From assembly GCA_004022145.1 (NCBI GenBank), contig RCNU01000015.1: 64,000 bases of DNA; one strand, written 5' to 3'. The notes below the pieces were generated by a model. It did no database searches. It saw nothing but the letters and a program-made list of their open reading frames with translations, and was not told the DNA's origin. Below are positions 52,017-64,000 of the stretch, in pieces (the stretch's first letter is position 1; each line of letters opens with the position of its first letter). The DNA comes from Paecilomyces variotii (lineage: Eukaryota). The position numbers and the translations under genes are program-made.

Positions 52017-53046
52017 GCTTTTTAATGTTCATTATGATCTATCATTCCATGAGATTCAGGCGTTTGGGCTTTCCTATACATATGTATGTACACTAGGTTT
52101 TATTATGGAGGATTTACTTTTCACTCTAGCACCAAAGATATGAAGTTGTTCGGACTTGCTTGCTTAAGACATTCTTAATATTCAAGGGGGAATAGAATTA
52201 AATTAAGAGTATTCATATCGCCATAATACTAGGACCAATATTTTCTAGCGGGGAAATTGCGGCAGTTAGAGTGGTTAAATAAGCAAGTGCGACCATCATG
52301 GTTTTGGGTGGGTCATAAGTAGCTCTTGTGGTCTACTTTAACTCACCTTGCTCAATATATGAGGATCTAAATACATTTGACGGGCAGCAGAAATTCCGGA
52401 TGGAAATCAACAATGTATGTACTCAGCAAGGCCAAGGGATAAATGCAGCCATCCGTGTCATCACTCAGCATAAGGACGTGCCAGATCAAGAGTTATCCAT
52501 GGAGCCCCTGATCTAGGGCCAGGATATGTGAGTTCGCTCCATGTTTCTTGATCATGTTCCTTATTGGTGCACTAATGCAAATTCTAGCAACTCTTGCCTT
52601 GCTGTAGCCCAATTCATGACCATCTGTTCTTGTAGGTCTAACATGGGATGGCTTTGGGGAGCAAAGCTATCTTGGCCTCTCGGGAGTCCAGCTGCCCTGC
52701 ACTATCTACCGGCCCTGCAATTTGCTTGGTATGGACTTTATCAAGCACTATGAGGCTGTGTAAGGCTGTGTGATGCTGTATGAGGCTGTGTTAGGGGGAC
52801 TAACGAAGCAGGCTGAAACGAAGACTCAGCCTTGTCCGACTTGGGGCGGCTACTTGGTGGCCAAAGGTCAGAGCGCATAACTTCACGCAGAAGACATCTT
52901 TGAATTTCTTGTCTTTGAGCAACTGATATCCAGGTATGACGGGATTGCAATTGTATCTGGATATTTGAAAACAAGCCGTGACTAGTCAAACTCACAGGAT
53001 AACAGATTGGAGTGACCACCATAAAAGGGCAGGGAAAGATCTTGGG

Positions 53047-56000
53047 ATGGACATATACCCCGCTATGGATACTGATACTGATACCGATACTAAAAGACCA
53101 CCGTATGTAAAGACAGTTCCGTTGCTCTTTCGTGAGATGTTTCTCTAATTCAAACAGAGATAAACACATGCTGGAGATCTTCCAGGACGCCTTTTCTTTG
53201 TTTGTTGGCTCTCTTTCAGATGACGAATGGAAAGATTTGCAGATTTACCAATCTGCAGAGGCAATGACGATTGCAATCAAAAACCAAGTCAATGAGGAGT
53301 CCAACCATTATCGAAAGCGCAAACTGGGGAAATGCATGGAGGCTATTCGTGAATTTGGACAAAATTTGAAACCATACTTTGCAGTTGTTGACATCTTTGT
53401 CCAAACAAACCCCCAGTATGCAGGATTAGTATGGGGTGCATTGAGGCTACTTTTTCAGGTTTGTTGTTCTGTCTTTTTAGTTACCTACTGGATTAAAATA
53501 ATCAGTTAACCCCTGCCTAGATCAGTTCGAACTACATTGAGTATCTGGAGAAGCTCAGTTCGATGTTTCAGAGTATGTGTATAATGCTGGAGGTGTACGA
53601 AGAGCACTACAAAATTTTCCGGGAGAACGTGAAGGACCCGGACAAGACTGTCACCATTCGCCTTCGGAAGGCTCTGGCAAATATATACGTCGACATAATT
53701 CAGTTGTGTTATCGAGCCATTCGCCTTTTTACCTCGAAGAAACATGGTAATGTGTTCCGAACCCGTTGGATAATCCTGTATTTATGCGAGAGCAAGACTT
53801 CTAACTGAGACTTTATAGCTAGACTACGGTTCAGGAGAAGTTTCATTGGGCGACTGATGTGGAGGCCATTTGACTTGGACTTCGAAGGACTCAAGCAGCG
53901 TCTTGAGCAAAGCAAGACACTTTTTGAGTATGAGGCAACAAGGTCAACGCAGGAAGTGGCACTGCGGTTTATCAAGGAATATGATGACTGGATGGAGAAG
54001 CTAGAAAGACAAAAGGCGGATCCTGAAGAGGCCCTTAAAGACAAGAAAAAAGAGATTGAACAGCTAGGTACTGTGACCCAAAGGGAAACCTTACCATATA
54101 CGATATAGGGATTTGGCTAACTCTGGTCATAGATACCCGTGTCCAAGAGCTCGGCCAATGGATCGATGCGCCGCTGTGGAAAGACCTCTATGAAGAGGCT
54201 TCTATGTTTCGGGAACCCGGTACATGTGACTGGATATTGGAAGATCCCCTTTACAAAAATTGGAGGCTCCATAAACACAGCGAAAAGCCTATTCTCAGTA
54301 TTCAGGGTAAGGGTGATATCTACTTTTGCTAGCGCCGAAATATCTCTTGGTTTAAGCTGATTCCACTGGTGTAGGAAAACCGGGATTTGGAAAGACAACT
54401 ATCTGCCCAGTTGTAATTGACAATCTTGTAAAACAGCAGGCGTCGTCACAACCACTGCCACACAACGTGGTTGCATACTACTTTTTCAACAGGCCGATTG
54501 GTCAAGACACCGCAGGCCTAGCATTTCGCTCTATTCTGGTACAGCTGCTACAGAGCCTTCGCCACGAGACCATAGCAGTGGACATAGCATCTACTCTCTG
54601 TGACCGGAAAGTAATTGGCCAGCGACGGGCTACGGACAATAAAGTAGTTGCCGTCCTTTGCCTTCTTTTCAAACGCTTCCCTTCCAGTATTGTGATCGAC
54701 GCTGTTGATGAATGTAGCGATCCAAATAACTTCTTGAATAGGATTTGCGACTTAACACATAGATTTGAAAGCACATCGTTCGTTATATTTTCGCGGCCAA
54801 CTATCGAGATTCCGGAATCGTGGGAGGGGAAGTTTGATATCTTGAACCTCCGCGGAGAACACAACGCAGGCGATTTGACGCTTTTCGTGAAATGCAAAGT
54901 GGAAGAACTTATGGCGAAAACGCTTTTACCAACAGCGTGTTCAGACGTCTATGTTGAGAAAATTGTTCCTCGAGCCAATGGGATGTTCCTCTGGGTGAAA
55001 CTGCTCATCAAATTCCTTCAGCTGAGGAGGCTTACCGTGAACCAAAGACTCGACGCTATCGAAAATCTGAACCGGTTGGAGGGTCTTGACGCTATATACG
55101 CAGAAATATCGCGTAATCTGAGTGATGGTGCAGCAACAGAGTGGGATATTAATATCATCAAAGGCTTCCGGTGGATCCTCGGTGCCCGCAGACCTATACA
55201 TGTGGAGGAGCTGCTCGAGGCGATCATAGTTCCGTTCGATAGACCACGAACCATCGGTGATATAATACCTGATTTTGAAAAATCATTTGGCTCAATTTTC
55301 GGAGGCCTTCTCGAGCTCACAACCACAAAAATGGTTCAATTTATCCACATGTCGGCCTATGAGTTTTTCGCCCCAACAGAGCGAGCTGGTATGTCTAACC
55401 AGCCAGTAACAAAATTTCAGTCCGACAAAGTGGAAATCCATATGACCATTGGACTCACTGCTCTCGCATATCTCGTCCATACGGTTCCCGCTGAACCTCT
55501 TAGCGGTGACCGTAACGTGATTCCTGACGCCTCTTTGACCCGAGTGAAGTTTCCTCTTCTACCGTATGTTGCTCAATATTGGTCTCAGCATATCGTCGAG
55601 GCCATAACGCAATGTACCCGGGCATTAGATATCTACCGTGACGGCCATGATCACCTAATTCGCCTCCTCCTTGAATTCGTTTACAGTAAGCCAAGAGTCA
55701 CAATGTGGTTGGAGGCTTCTTGGTTATTCCGAAACCCACCAGTAGTCTGCCCGCTTCCAGACAACACGTTTAATGCAACTGGTAATTACGATTCTCGGCT
55801 TTCTGAAGTCATCAAGGAAACGTCCCGCTTCTCCGAGGATGTCAAAATATTGAACAGCTCATGGTCCTATATCCTGGAAAAGGAACCGAACGAAGTTTGG
55901 GGAGATAGTATTCGAGCATTCAGCGAATCAAAATACTTGCAGACAGCAGATAGTCGAGTCGTCTTTGTTGCTCATCCAGAGGACACAGACGCTAGGAGCA

Positions 56001-57594
56001 TTTTGCTCCAAACCCAAGTTTCGGGAGACTCTATGCGGATCGCGACAGTTCGATTGATACCCCCAGAGTGAGTGTATACCGCGGTTAAGAAAGTATGCAA
56101 TATGGAAACGGAGACTAAAAACGCTCTTTTCACTAGTTCCCTGCTGAAAGGTCCTCGTCAGAGAGGGGGTCCACAGGATATCGTCGATTGGCAAATGCGT
56201 TATGATTTATGGACTGTTGACGGCGAGAAACGCTTGTGCTCGTTGGTGTGGGAAGTTGACCCGGCAGCACTAGACATACTCTTCAAGGGGGCCGCCAACA
56301 AACAACCAGTAATCTCACAATCGACCAGATTTAGGTTTCCTATTTCGATCTCGAATAACCTCCGGCGAGTTGCTGCTCTCAACTTGATAATCGATATTGA
56401 TGAAATCTCTGAACAGAGCGGACCGAACTTTGATCGACCCAGGATCCAATGTGAAACGTTAGACATATTTAACCGAACCCCGCCATACAGACGGACTATC
56501 CTTGATGATTCTGTTCAGTTGAAGACATGGGACCAGGAACCCGTAGTGGTGGTTTTTCGTCGAGCATCTGGGATCTTCCCCTCTGACTCGGTGATCTCGC
56601 TCATGAGGGACTCATTCAGTTCTATCGCGGAAGAACGCATGGAAGCTCCCACCAGGGATACGCATGCTTTGCGTCGTGGAAGCTTTACATTCCTTCCGCC
56701 TGCTCCATGCATTTTCTAGATAAAGCAGTGGTGTTTCACCCGACAAGTCCGCTAATTGCCTTCTGCGCTTTTGGCCCCTTGGGACAACATCTGCCCCGGA
56801 AACCCCAAACGTACGTTTGGGATTTCAGCAACTATAACGACAGAGGCTTCCTCGCGTGTCCACCCGTAGTCGGACTCCGCATAGTTTATGAGGGGACTCT
56901 CGACCTGATGACTTTCACCCCAGATGCAGATTATGTATGCGGCAAAGACTTCCACACAGGCCGCCCTGTCATCGTCAAGGTGGGAGACTGCGCCGTTCCA
57001 GGGAGTATCAACTTTCACGATCAAAAACAGCGACAAGGGTACGGTTCTGGTCCCATACAAGGCCCAGATACCGATACCACTGGCACACAAACAGATTTGC
57101 AGATACAGACCCAACAGAAGACCACTGAAAACCTCCTCCAATACCTATCCAACCGTGAAGTAAGCCGAGAGTCCCCGATACAAGTCGGGTCACTGGCTTT
57201 GACTCACAGCGGTGATGGAGTTGGGTACATATCACAACTCTCCAATCTCGAGCACGAGGGAGCAGTTGTTCTGGAGACCTTGGGAACCGATGGCCGACTG
57301 CAGTCTCAGACGCTTACTCGTCTACCTAATGAACTGCGCTCAATTAGTCTGCCCACCCTCTTAAACTCGCCAGGAAGCGAGCAGTCGGAATATGTCCGGA
57401 TCCTGCTGAACAAGGCGGTTCAGGACCGGTATTCACTCAACGATATAGCTGGGAGATCAGGTATGCTGCTCCCGGTTATGCTTGAGCGTTCCCGGGAGAG
57501 CATTCCCACTTATACCGCCACGAACCAACAAGCGATATTGGGCGCTGGAGACCGGGACTTGTTCGCAAAGAGAACTAACAATAGAAGCAGTTGA
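53047..57594 (+). CDS. NACHT/STAND NTPase (fungal NLR-like) protein, multi-exon; frame discontinuity near 56540-56620
   Basis: Helical N-terminal domain with YFAVVDIFVQTNPQYAGLVWGALRLLFQ; REPGTCDWIL; Walker A GKPGFGKT (split by an intron at about 54307-54374); VAYYFF; Walker B IVIDAVDEC; FSRP; ANGMFLWVKL; VQFIHMSAYEFF; YVAQYWSQH; beta-rich C-terminus. Confidence 0.85.
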
Positions 57595-58333
57595 TTGTAG
57601 TCACGGGTATATATTTTACGGCATTGCAATACATAGTCAGGTATATCTGTATGCTAACAGGCTAGTGGAAACAGATGGGGTTAAGCCGTCTCTTGTATGA
57701 ACTTTTTCGGAAAGTTGATTGTGATTTATCACTTCAGAAGGTTTAAGTATTTAGGCTTTTCTGTATACATCTACACTATGTTTTATTATAGAGGATTTGT
57801 TTCACTAAATATATGGGCCCGTTTGTTCTCGCTTGCTCAAGACACGGCGTTCCCAACACCTAGGGGAAACAACAAAATTAAGAGTACTCATATTACCTGA
57901 TTAACCGGGCAGTGATCAACTAATAATTACCTCGGTGAAGATAGATGCTCAGAGCCGAAAGATCTAATAATTACTTCCGGAACTAAAGCTTAATCGAACA
58001 TAACTGGTCTTTGAAACCGATAACACAGTAGAGAATTCGAACATTATACAGAAAAAAAGCAAAATACATGATTAAGAATCAAAACCCATCATGTCCACCA
58101 TAAAGATGCCCCCCTTCCGATGCGCCGCGCTAGTAAGCAAAAACAGCTCATCCAGCTTGCCAGACCCGTACGCTCTTTTTTGTAAACCGATCATGCTCGG
58201 TCAAAGAAGACGCCGTTTCCATAAAGCGCAAACTCATACAGGAATCCTTCAAAAGCAAAACTGAGACATGAAAAGGAAATAAGAATGATAAATAAGCCAC
58301 TTTACCAATCGACTGCAGAATGCTTGGATGCAT

Positions 58334-61300
58334 TTAGAGATATGGCATCCACAGGGCGTCACAAGATGCCAGATGCTGTGGGTTCACCGCCTTGGAGATC
58401 AGATCGACTGTCGTCTGGTTCGCCGGAAGGTTACCCTCAGGAGGGCTGGCAAGGCTCACTGCTCTGTTGACAATGATATCGCTATTGTTATAGACCAGGT
58501 CCCTCAGCTGCTGTGTTGGCAAGGCACCGCGGTGCTGTGCTGTGGCCCAGAACATCATTTCGTCGCGGACAAAGATGCTCAGCTGTTGTTCGAGCTCATG
58601 CTTAGGCTCAGTGAGGCAGCGAGCTACGGCCATCAATGCGCAAGCAAACACACCTTCGGTAGCAATAGGTCCCATGAGAGTCTGGATATTAGGAGTGAGA
58701 CGGAAGGGAATTTGCTCCGGGTTGTAAAAGAAAGCCTTGGCAGGGTTGATGGTCGGAATGAGCTCCGAGCCCCAAATGTCACCGGTAGCACATGAAATCG
58801 AAATCTTGTTCGGATACCGGTTGCCCATGTGCATCACGTAGGTCATAAATGCGATCGCAGCATATTGGTGGGAGAATTGACGACGGAAGAGCCAGAAGTC
58901 CGCATAGTTGGGGTAGATCTTCTGGAAGTAATCCAGCACTATTGTGCTCGGGACCCACTTCTCTTGAATAGCAACAAGAATCTCAGTACGAAGGACCTGC
59001 TGCTGGTCAGAGGTACGGTTCTGCTTCGTTTCCGCCAGAGCTCTCATCTTTTCCATAGTGAAGAGCACCGGCTCGTCTTTATTCATTCCGACACGCCTGC
59101 AATAATCCTCGTATATACCCTGTATGGAGATGTACGAAGGATCGTCGCGAACAAGACGGATATGAGGTGCCAGGGGCACCATGAGCGGAAGGTGGAAGTA
59201 CAGATTGCGTCGTCTGCTTTCCTTGCGCTTCGCTAAGAGACCATTGAAGATACGGAATAGTTGAAGGATCCTCTCCTCACGCCTGCAATGACGGGCTGCA
59301 GGATGTTGCACAGCGAAAGGATGGACGCTACCATCATGGCCACGGATTCTCAGGCGACGGTGACAGACGCCGATGCCCCTCACCAAATCCACATCAGGAA
59401 GGAAGCGATCGATGCGAACAAAGTCTTGATTCTTATCCTTGTGCAGCAGATATTGCCCAGGAACCTCAACCTCGTCGAACTTGAGGAAACGGAACTCACT
59501 AAGATGTGGGGAGTACGACTCCAGGAACTGAGACTGCGGCCGTCGATCGAGCTTCTCCTCAAACTTGTCACGCCAGCGACGCAGTTTCTGGATATATTCG
59601 TACATTGTCGGCTTCTTCACCACGAAATCGGCCTCGAAAGACTTGCGGATATGGGCAGGAAGAATGGTCTCCGCAAAGCGAGTGATGTTCGCTTCAGTGG
59701 CAGGAGGCAGCTTGAAGTCCTGCGCATAGGAGCCTGGCATGCGACCCACATAGGCAAGACCATCATTAAGCAATGCAACAATAAGTCGATACGCGTCCTC
59801 GTCTGGAGGACACTTGAAGTTCTTGTGGATCTGGTCGACCATCGTTTCCATTGACAGCGCAAGCAGCGGGAAAGCTGTCTTGAGACCAGACATGATTTCA
59901 TCTGAGTACTCCCATGGCTTCTTGAGAGGCTCTTTCTGTGGCTGTTCTTGCTCGCCCGCAGGCTGATTCCCGTTTTGGCCCTGGCCTTGATTCTGAGCCA
60001 GAGGCTGACCCGGAGTTTGCCCCTGTTGTTGTCCTGCATTTTGCGCTTGCGGCTGCCCATTGGACTGCCCATTGGTATTCTGAGGAGCAGCGGCACCGTC
60101 GTTGTTGGCAGCACCCTGGGCGTTTTGCGTGGATGTTTCTCCATTTGCTGTTGCAGGCTTGGGCCCGTTTCCATCCACCTTCACGCCAGCCTGAGCCTGA
60201 GCCTGCTGTCTTGCGCGGTTAAGCTTCTCTTGTTTCTGCTCGTGCTGTTTCTTGATGCTCAGCATGTCCTCTCTGTTCGTTCGTAGAAGGAAAAACAACG
60301 CCTGTGGATAGAGCTTGGCAATCTTCACAAGAACAGCCTTGCAGAGACGTGCTTCGCGGTGGGACAGGCTTGTGAGCAGCTGCGGGATAAAGGTGATCCA
60401 ATACCAGACTGGGGTATCGCCCTTGAAGTTCTCGAAGGCACTCGAAATACGGCCTTCCTCATTGTCAAGGCTAAGAAGCCAGAGAATGCGGCTGAGAAGC
60501 TTCCTAGACTTCGAATTCTTGTAAAGACCTGCTGCTTCGAGATAGCAGCTCACGGCGTTACTAGCCAACTCGTAATCCGTGGGATCAGACTTGAAACGTT
60601 GGTCACTGTATTGACCCCACTCAGCCCATGCCTTCGCAAGTCTAAGATCATAATAGAGAGCAACACCAAAGGCTTCGTTCGCTTCGTTGACGTGGTTGAG
60701 CTTAGCTAGGAACATGCCCTTGAGTGTGTAAAATTCTGCCTTCTGCTGGGCGCCGAAGTAGTTGAGATTGGTGTTGTTTATCACATCCAGACCGCTATTA
60801 AGCTCCTTAGGATTCTGATAGTGGCACTTGGCTTGCTCTCTTAGCTTTAAGAAGGCTTCCTGGATCTCGATGTTCGGGAGCGTGTAGATCCGGCTAAGTT
60901 GGTTGATACAGACTTCAGGCATCTGATGTTTCCGGGCGACATGGGCGAAACGGTTGATAATCCATGCGGTTTCGTGGTATCCACGGTAGGCATAAGAATT
61001 GCTGGCCACATTATTCGTCTGGGGCGGCAAAAGGCTAAGGTAAGTGGCGTTGATGAGTTGGAAGATGTGTTGACGCCATGTAACAAGGTCCTGCCAAGCA
61101 TTGATATCGTCCCAGACGTTAGGCAAACGGTCACGCCAGGTTCCCAGCAAGAGCTTCAGCTCAGCAGACTTGGTATCTAGGTTTCTTTCGTTCGTTTGCG
61201 CCAGGCTAGCGCAAATGACACTTGCGTCATGTAGCTCGACAAGCTGCTGGAAGTGCTGGAGTATCGGAATATGGGCATTTGTGATCCTCTTTGGTAGTTG

Positions 61301-64000
61301 GTGCCATTTGCGGATAGAGAGTTGAATAGACTCATCACATATTCCGTTGAAATCCTGAATATTCTCCTTCTTGAAGTGGAAGTTCAAGAGGGCCATGAAA
61401 GCCTGGAAAAACGTGCGCCTCGGGGTCGGTGCATCTGACACGGACTTGATCAATGACTCAAGCTGTTCACGGTTTGCTTCGCTCTGCCAATTTTCAATGT
61501 TCCTCCAAGCGGCTTCGAGAAGAAGATCGTTCATATTTTCGTGCTTGGCGAAGTCACTGAGGATCTCCCACTGCTGCAACTTCTGCGCGCAGATCAACCA
61601 GTGATCCTCCCACAAGTAGTATTCACCTTGTGAGAACGGCATAGCTCCTGAGCGAGCTTTGATCTGGGCATTTTCATACAGCTGCTGAGCCTTGTCCCAC
61701 ATGCCCTGCTGCTCATAGGACAGTGCGGCATTTGTTTCCACGAACTTACAGCGTCGTCGCCACGTCCCGTAGAAGAAGTCTTCTTCTTGTAATCCGGCAT
61801 AGAGTTCAACGAGAGCATCCAGATTACTTTCACGAACAGCCGGTGTATCAATAATAGGGCTTATTGCAGACTCTTCGAGGTAGACGGCTGCAGTGTACCA
61901 AGCGTCATAGGTGCGGCTGAGGTATTTCATGACGTGAGGGGGCACCTTGAATCTTGGCTTAGCTCTTACTGCACCCTCAAGTAGAGCCTGCACAACGTTG
62001 GGACGCTTGTCGAGCTGCCTCTGATGATACTCGCGGGTCACCAGAGTCACCATGCCTTTCTCCAGATCGATGCGTTCCTCCCTGGATAATGTTGACCAGA
62101 AAATAGTGAACAACGTAGTCCACAGCCTGTAAGCCACATTGGAATCCGTATGCTGAAGCTGGCAAAGCGGCTCCATTAAATCGCGGACACGAACATCGCC
62201 CAATTCCGCCATGAACCGTCTGCGGTCCGCAACAAAGGCTTCCAGTTGATTATCAACAATGACATTTTCTTTATCTTTATCTGCGACACTGAAGAGGAAC
62301 GAAACTGGATAGACCGTGAAGTCATCAGGGTGCAGCCTTGCTGGGCTTGCCATATCGATGCAGCCTATCACTAGATGTGATGCTTGAGAAAGCCAGAAAG
62401 AGTCGGCAAGGGTATCCCAGTTCTGGGAGGTGAGAACGTAGCTCAGCCGAGAACTGGCCATGCGAGTTAGAGACCGATCGAAGATCGTCATAAAGCGGTT
62501 GCGCATTTCGACGTCTTGTGCCCTGGTGCCGATCAAGAAAGCATGCTCCAGTCTAACAGTCAGCTCTGTCCGGGTGATCTTCGAGTCTTCGTAGATCCTT
62601 ATGACCAGATCCAAGAATTTCTTTAGCATTGTTTGGTCTGGTCTAGACTCGAAGAGAAGCATCTTGTGCAACACCGCTGTTTTCTCCTTCAGCGTGGGCC
62701 AGGATTCAGTAGAGTGGAAGATCCAAGTCTCGACCATTCCAAGAACCTTGCTGCACAGCTTGATATTCTGCGAGCGTTCGACCAACTGGGCCAGAACACT
62801 CAAGAACGGACGTCTCTGTTCTCCAAGATGGGACATCCTTACGGAGATTAATTCGATTGTCTTGAAGATCAGATCGACGCCGATTTCAAATTCCTGCTGG
62901 TCCGGAACACCCTCTGCAAGTTTGTTACCCGGAGGATACTGGCCAGGAACCTGGTTGTTGGTGTACGCTGCGACATGTTCCTTGGCAAGCTTCTGGGAGA
63001 AGGCCTTCATAACTTGGGGGATATGGGCATCCATCTCGGAAGGCTTGTTCTTGGAGAGAGTCCACAGAGTGTTCAGGCTAGAGATGTAATTGTTGGCTGA
63101 GAGACCCTCGGTTGCAATGGCCGACAAATAAGTGACGAACTCGGAAGATGAGTCGTCAACATCCATTCCGTCTTCTTCCTCGGGCTGATCGTCTGGCAAA
63201 GCATCAAGCACACGTTTGACTGGGGGCGGGAGCTTCGGGGAAATATCCATTTCATCTTCCAACCCGTGAAGTGACTCTTGGATTTCAGGATTATCTGACC
63301 GTAGAGGTTTCTCTAGAAGCTTTTGAATCAGTGGCAAACGGGCCATAATCCAATCGTCTGGCTTCGAGGCAAGCATAATCCGCACAACTTGCAGGGCGTT
63401 GATGATGCTTGTTGTGTGCTTTTCGTCCGGCTTGTCGGCCTTTTCACCAGCGAGTATAGGCTCCGTGACCTTTTGATAGAGGTCGATGTCAAGGTCGCTC
63501 CAGTACTCAGGTGACATTAGATCCCGCAGGAGCTGGACGGCTTTTTTGATCATTTCTCCGCTCAAAACTGGGGGTTGAGGCTTGGAAGAAGGAAGGTCCC
63601 GAAGCTTGAACGCAGGTACAGGGAACCGTTCCGGTATCGTTGTAATAAATGTTATCAGATATTTGACCATGGCGGCCCGGAGGTCATGAGGAGCCAGATA
63701 CTCTGAGCGTTCGCGCATATTTGGTGGCGCGAGTGCAGCCGAAGGAGAAGCGGAAGCTGTTTGCGTGTCCTCGAACTTGCGCTTTCTTCCACCCGGTGAT
63801 TCCGTAACGCTATTCGATGTCGCCGTATAGCCCTTCACTCTCTTCTGCTCCCAGTGCCAGATAAGGCCAATTAGATTAAGAGCGAGCTTTTTGCTCTCGT
63901 TAGAAGGGTTAGGTGGTGCCGCAATCTTGATTAGAGACGGTACAATGAGAGGCACAAAGTGTTCTCTGGACTCGTAAAACAGATCCGGTTGTCGCACTAG
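58334..64000 (-). CDS. TRA1: Tra1/TRRAP, PIKK-family pseudokinase subunit of SAGA/NuA4; C-terminal 1887+ aa, 5' part beyond the right edge
   Basis: Uninterrupted ORF with FAT region ([23 protein letters not shown]), PIKK-like domain ([31 protein letters not shown]) and FATC end [16 protein letters not shown]. Confidence 0.97.
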   Translation of the reverse strand, partial: LVRQPDLFYESREHFVPLIVPSLIKIAAPPNPSNESKKLALNLIGLIWHWEQKRVKGYTATSNSVTESPGGRKRKFEDTQTASASPSAALAPPNMRERSEYLAPHDLRAAMVKYLITFITTIPERFPVPAFKLRDLPSSKPQPPVLSGEMIKKAVQLLRDLMSPEYWSDLDIDLYQKVTEPILAGEKADKPDEKHTTSIINALQVVRIMLASKPDDWIMARLPLIQKLLEKPLRSDNPEIQESLHGLEDEMDISPKLPPPVKRVLDALPDDQPEEEDGMDVDDSSSEFVTYLSAIATEGLSANNYISSLNTLWTLSKNKPSEMDAHIPQVMKAFSQKLAKEHVAAYTNNQVPGQYPPGNKLAEGVPDQQEFEIGVDLIFKTIELISVRMSHLGEQRRPFLSVLAQLVERSQNIKLCSKVLGMVETWIFHSTESWPTLKEKTAVLHKMLLFESRPDQTMLKKFLDLVIRIYEDSKITRTELTVRLEHAFLIGTRAQDVEMRNRFMTIFDRSLTRMASSRLSYVLTSQNWDTLADSFWLSQASHLVIGCIDMASPARLHPDDFTVYPVSFLFSVADKDKENVIVDNQLEAFVADRRRFMAELGDVRVRDLMEPLCQLQHTDSNVAYRLWTTLFTIFWSTLSREERIDLEKGMVTLVTREYHQRQLDKRPNVVQALLEGAVRAKPRFKVPPHVMKYLSRTYDAWYTAAVYLEESAISPIIDTPAVRESNLDALVELYAGLQEEDFFYGTWRRRCKFVETNAALSYEQQGMWDKAQQLYENAQIKARSGAMPFSQGEYYLWEDHWLICAQKLQQWEILSDFAKHENMNDLLLEAAWRNIENWQSEANREQLESLIKSVSDAPTPRRTFFQAFMALLNFHFKKENIQDFNGICDESIQLSIRKWHQLPKRITNAHIPILQHFQQLVELHDASVICASLAQTNERNLDTKSAELKLLLGTWRDRLPNVWDDINAWQDLVTWRQHIFQLINATYLSLLPPQTNNVASNSYAYRGYHETAWIINRFAHVARKHQMPEVCINQLSRIYTLPNIEIQEAFLKLREQAKCHYQNPKELNSGLDVINNTNLNYFGAQQKAEFYTLKGMFLAKLNHVNEANEAFGVALYYDLRLAKAWAEWGQYSDQRFKSDPTDYELASNAVSCYLEAAGLYKNSKSRKLLSRILWLLSLDNEEGRISSAFENFKGDTPVWYWITFIPQLLTSLSHREARLCKAVLVKIAKLYPQALFFLLRTNREDMLSIKKQHEQKQEKLNRARQQAQAQAGVKVDGNGPKPATANGETSTQNAQGAANNDGAAAPQNTNGQSNGQPQAQNAGQQQGQTPGQPLAQNQGQGQNGNQPAGEQEQPQKEPLKKPWEYSDEIMSGLKTAFPLLALSMETMVDQIHKNFKCPPDEDAYRLIVALLNDGLAYVGRMPGSYAQDFKLPPATEANITRFAETILPAHIRKSFEADFVVKKPTMYEYIQKLRRWRDKFEEKLDRRPQSQFLESYSPHLSEFRFLKFDEVEVPGQYLLHKDKNQDFVRIDRFLPDVDLVRGIGVCHRRLRIRGHDGSVHPFAVQHPAARHCRREERILQLFRIFNGLLAKRKESRRRNLYFHLPLMVPLAPHIRLVRDDPSYISIQGIYEDYCRRVGMNKDEPVLFTMEKMRALAETKQNRTSDQQQVLRTEILVAIQEKWVPSTIVLDYFQKIYPNYADFWLFRRQFSHQYAAIAFMTYVMHMGNRYPNKISISCATGDIWGSELIPTINPAKAFFYNPEQIPFRLTPNIQTLMGPIATEGVFACALMAVARCLTEPKHELEQQLSIFVRDEMMFWATAQHRGALPTQQLRDLVYNNSDIIVNRAVSLASPPEGNLPANQTTVDLISKAVNPQHLASCDALWMPYL

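Noticed and set aside
59930..60230. Gln/Asn/Gly-rich segment in TRA1 as a possible prion-like insert
   Set aside because: A low-complexity linker in a very large scaffold protein; nothing here suggests a distinct function.
1..64000. tRNA, 5S/rRNA, CRISPR array, transposase or Starship tyrosine recombinase
   Set aside because: No T-loop or cloverleaf, rRNA signature, repeat-spacer array or recombinase/transposase motif recognised by eye; tRNAscan-SE and Infernal were not run.

Overview
Eukaryotic DNA from a filamentous ascomycete, Eurotiomycete-like (short GT-AG introns with CTAAC/CTGAC branch sites, Aspergillus-type proteins); the species cannot be identified from this window. It is mostly a housekeeping neighbourhood: a Ser-rich unknown gene cut by the left edge, a GPI-type GMC oxidoreductase, an ELO fatty-acid elongase, COX6, a GT15 KRE2/KTR mannosyltransferase, gamma-tubulin complex GCP5, ADE6, a DHA1 MFS transporter, a Zn2Cys6 transcription factor, a GPI-type unknown protein, a GT90 glycosyltransferase, CDC16/Cut9, YJU2 and the 3' part of TRA1. 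Three accessory-looking inserts interrupt this backbone. (1) A spliced, stand-alone retropepsin-type aspartic protease gene (DTGAS / ANG flap / RLG) with an unexplained N-terminal domain and no retroelement context, between ELO and COX6. (2) A kinase-like pair between GCP5 and ADE6: an APH/Aim9-like phosphotransferase broken by an in-frame stop and a lost splice donor, then an intact atypical protein kinase bracketed by two direct copies of the phosphotransferase 5' end. (3) A NACHT/STAND NLR-like gene with a frame discontinuity in its C-terminal region, between YJU2 and TRA1. No tRNA, rRNA, CRISPR array or intact transposon was recognised. Gene models were built by eye without database searches.
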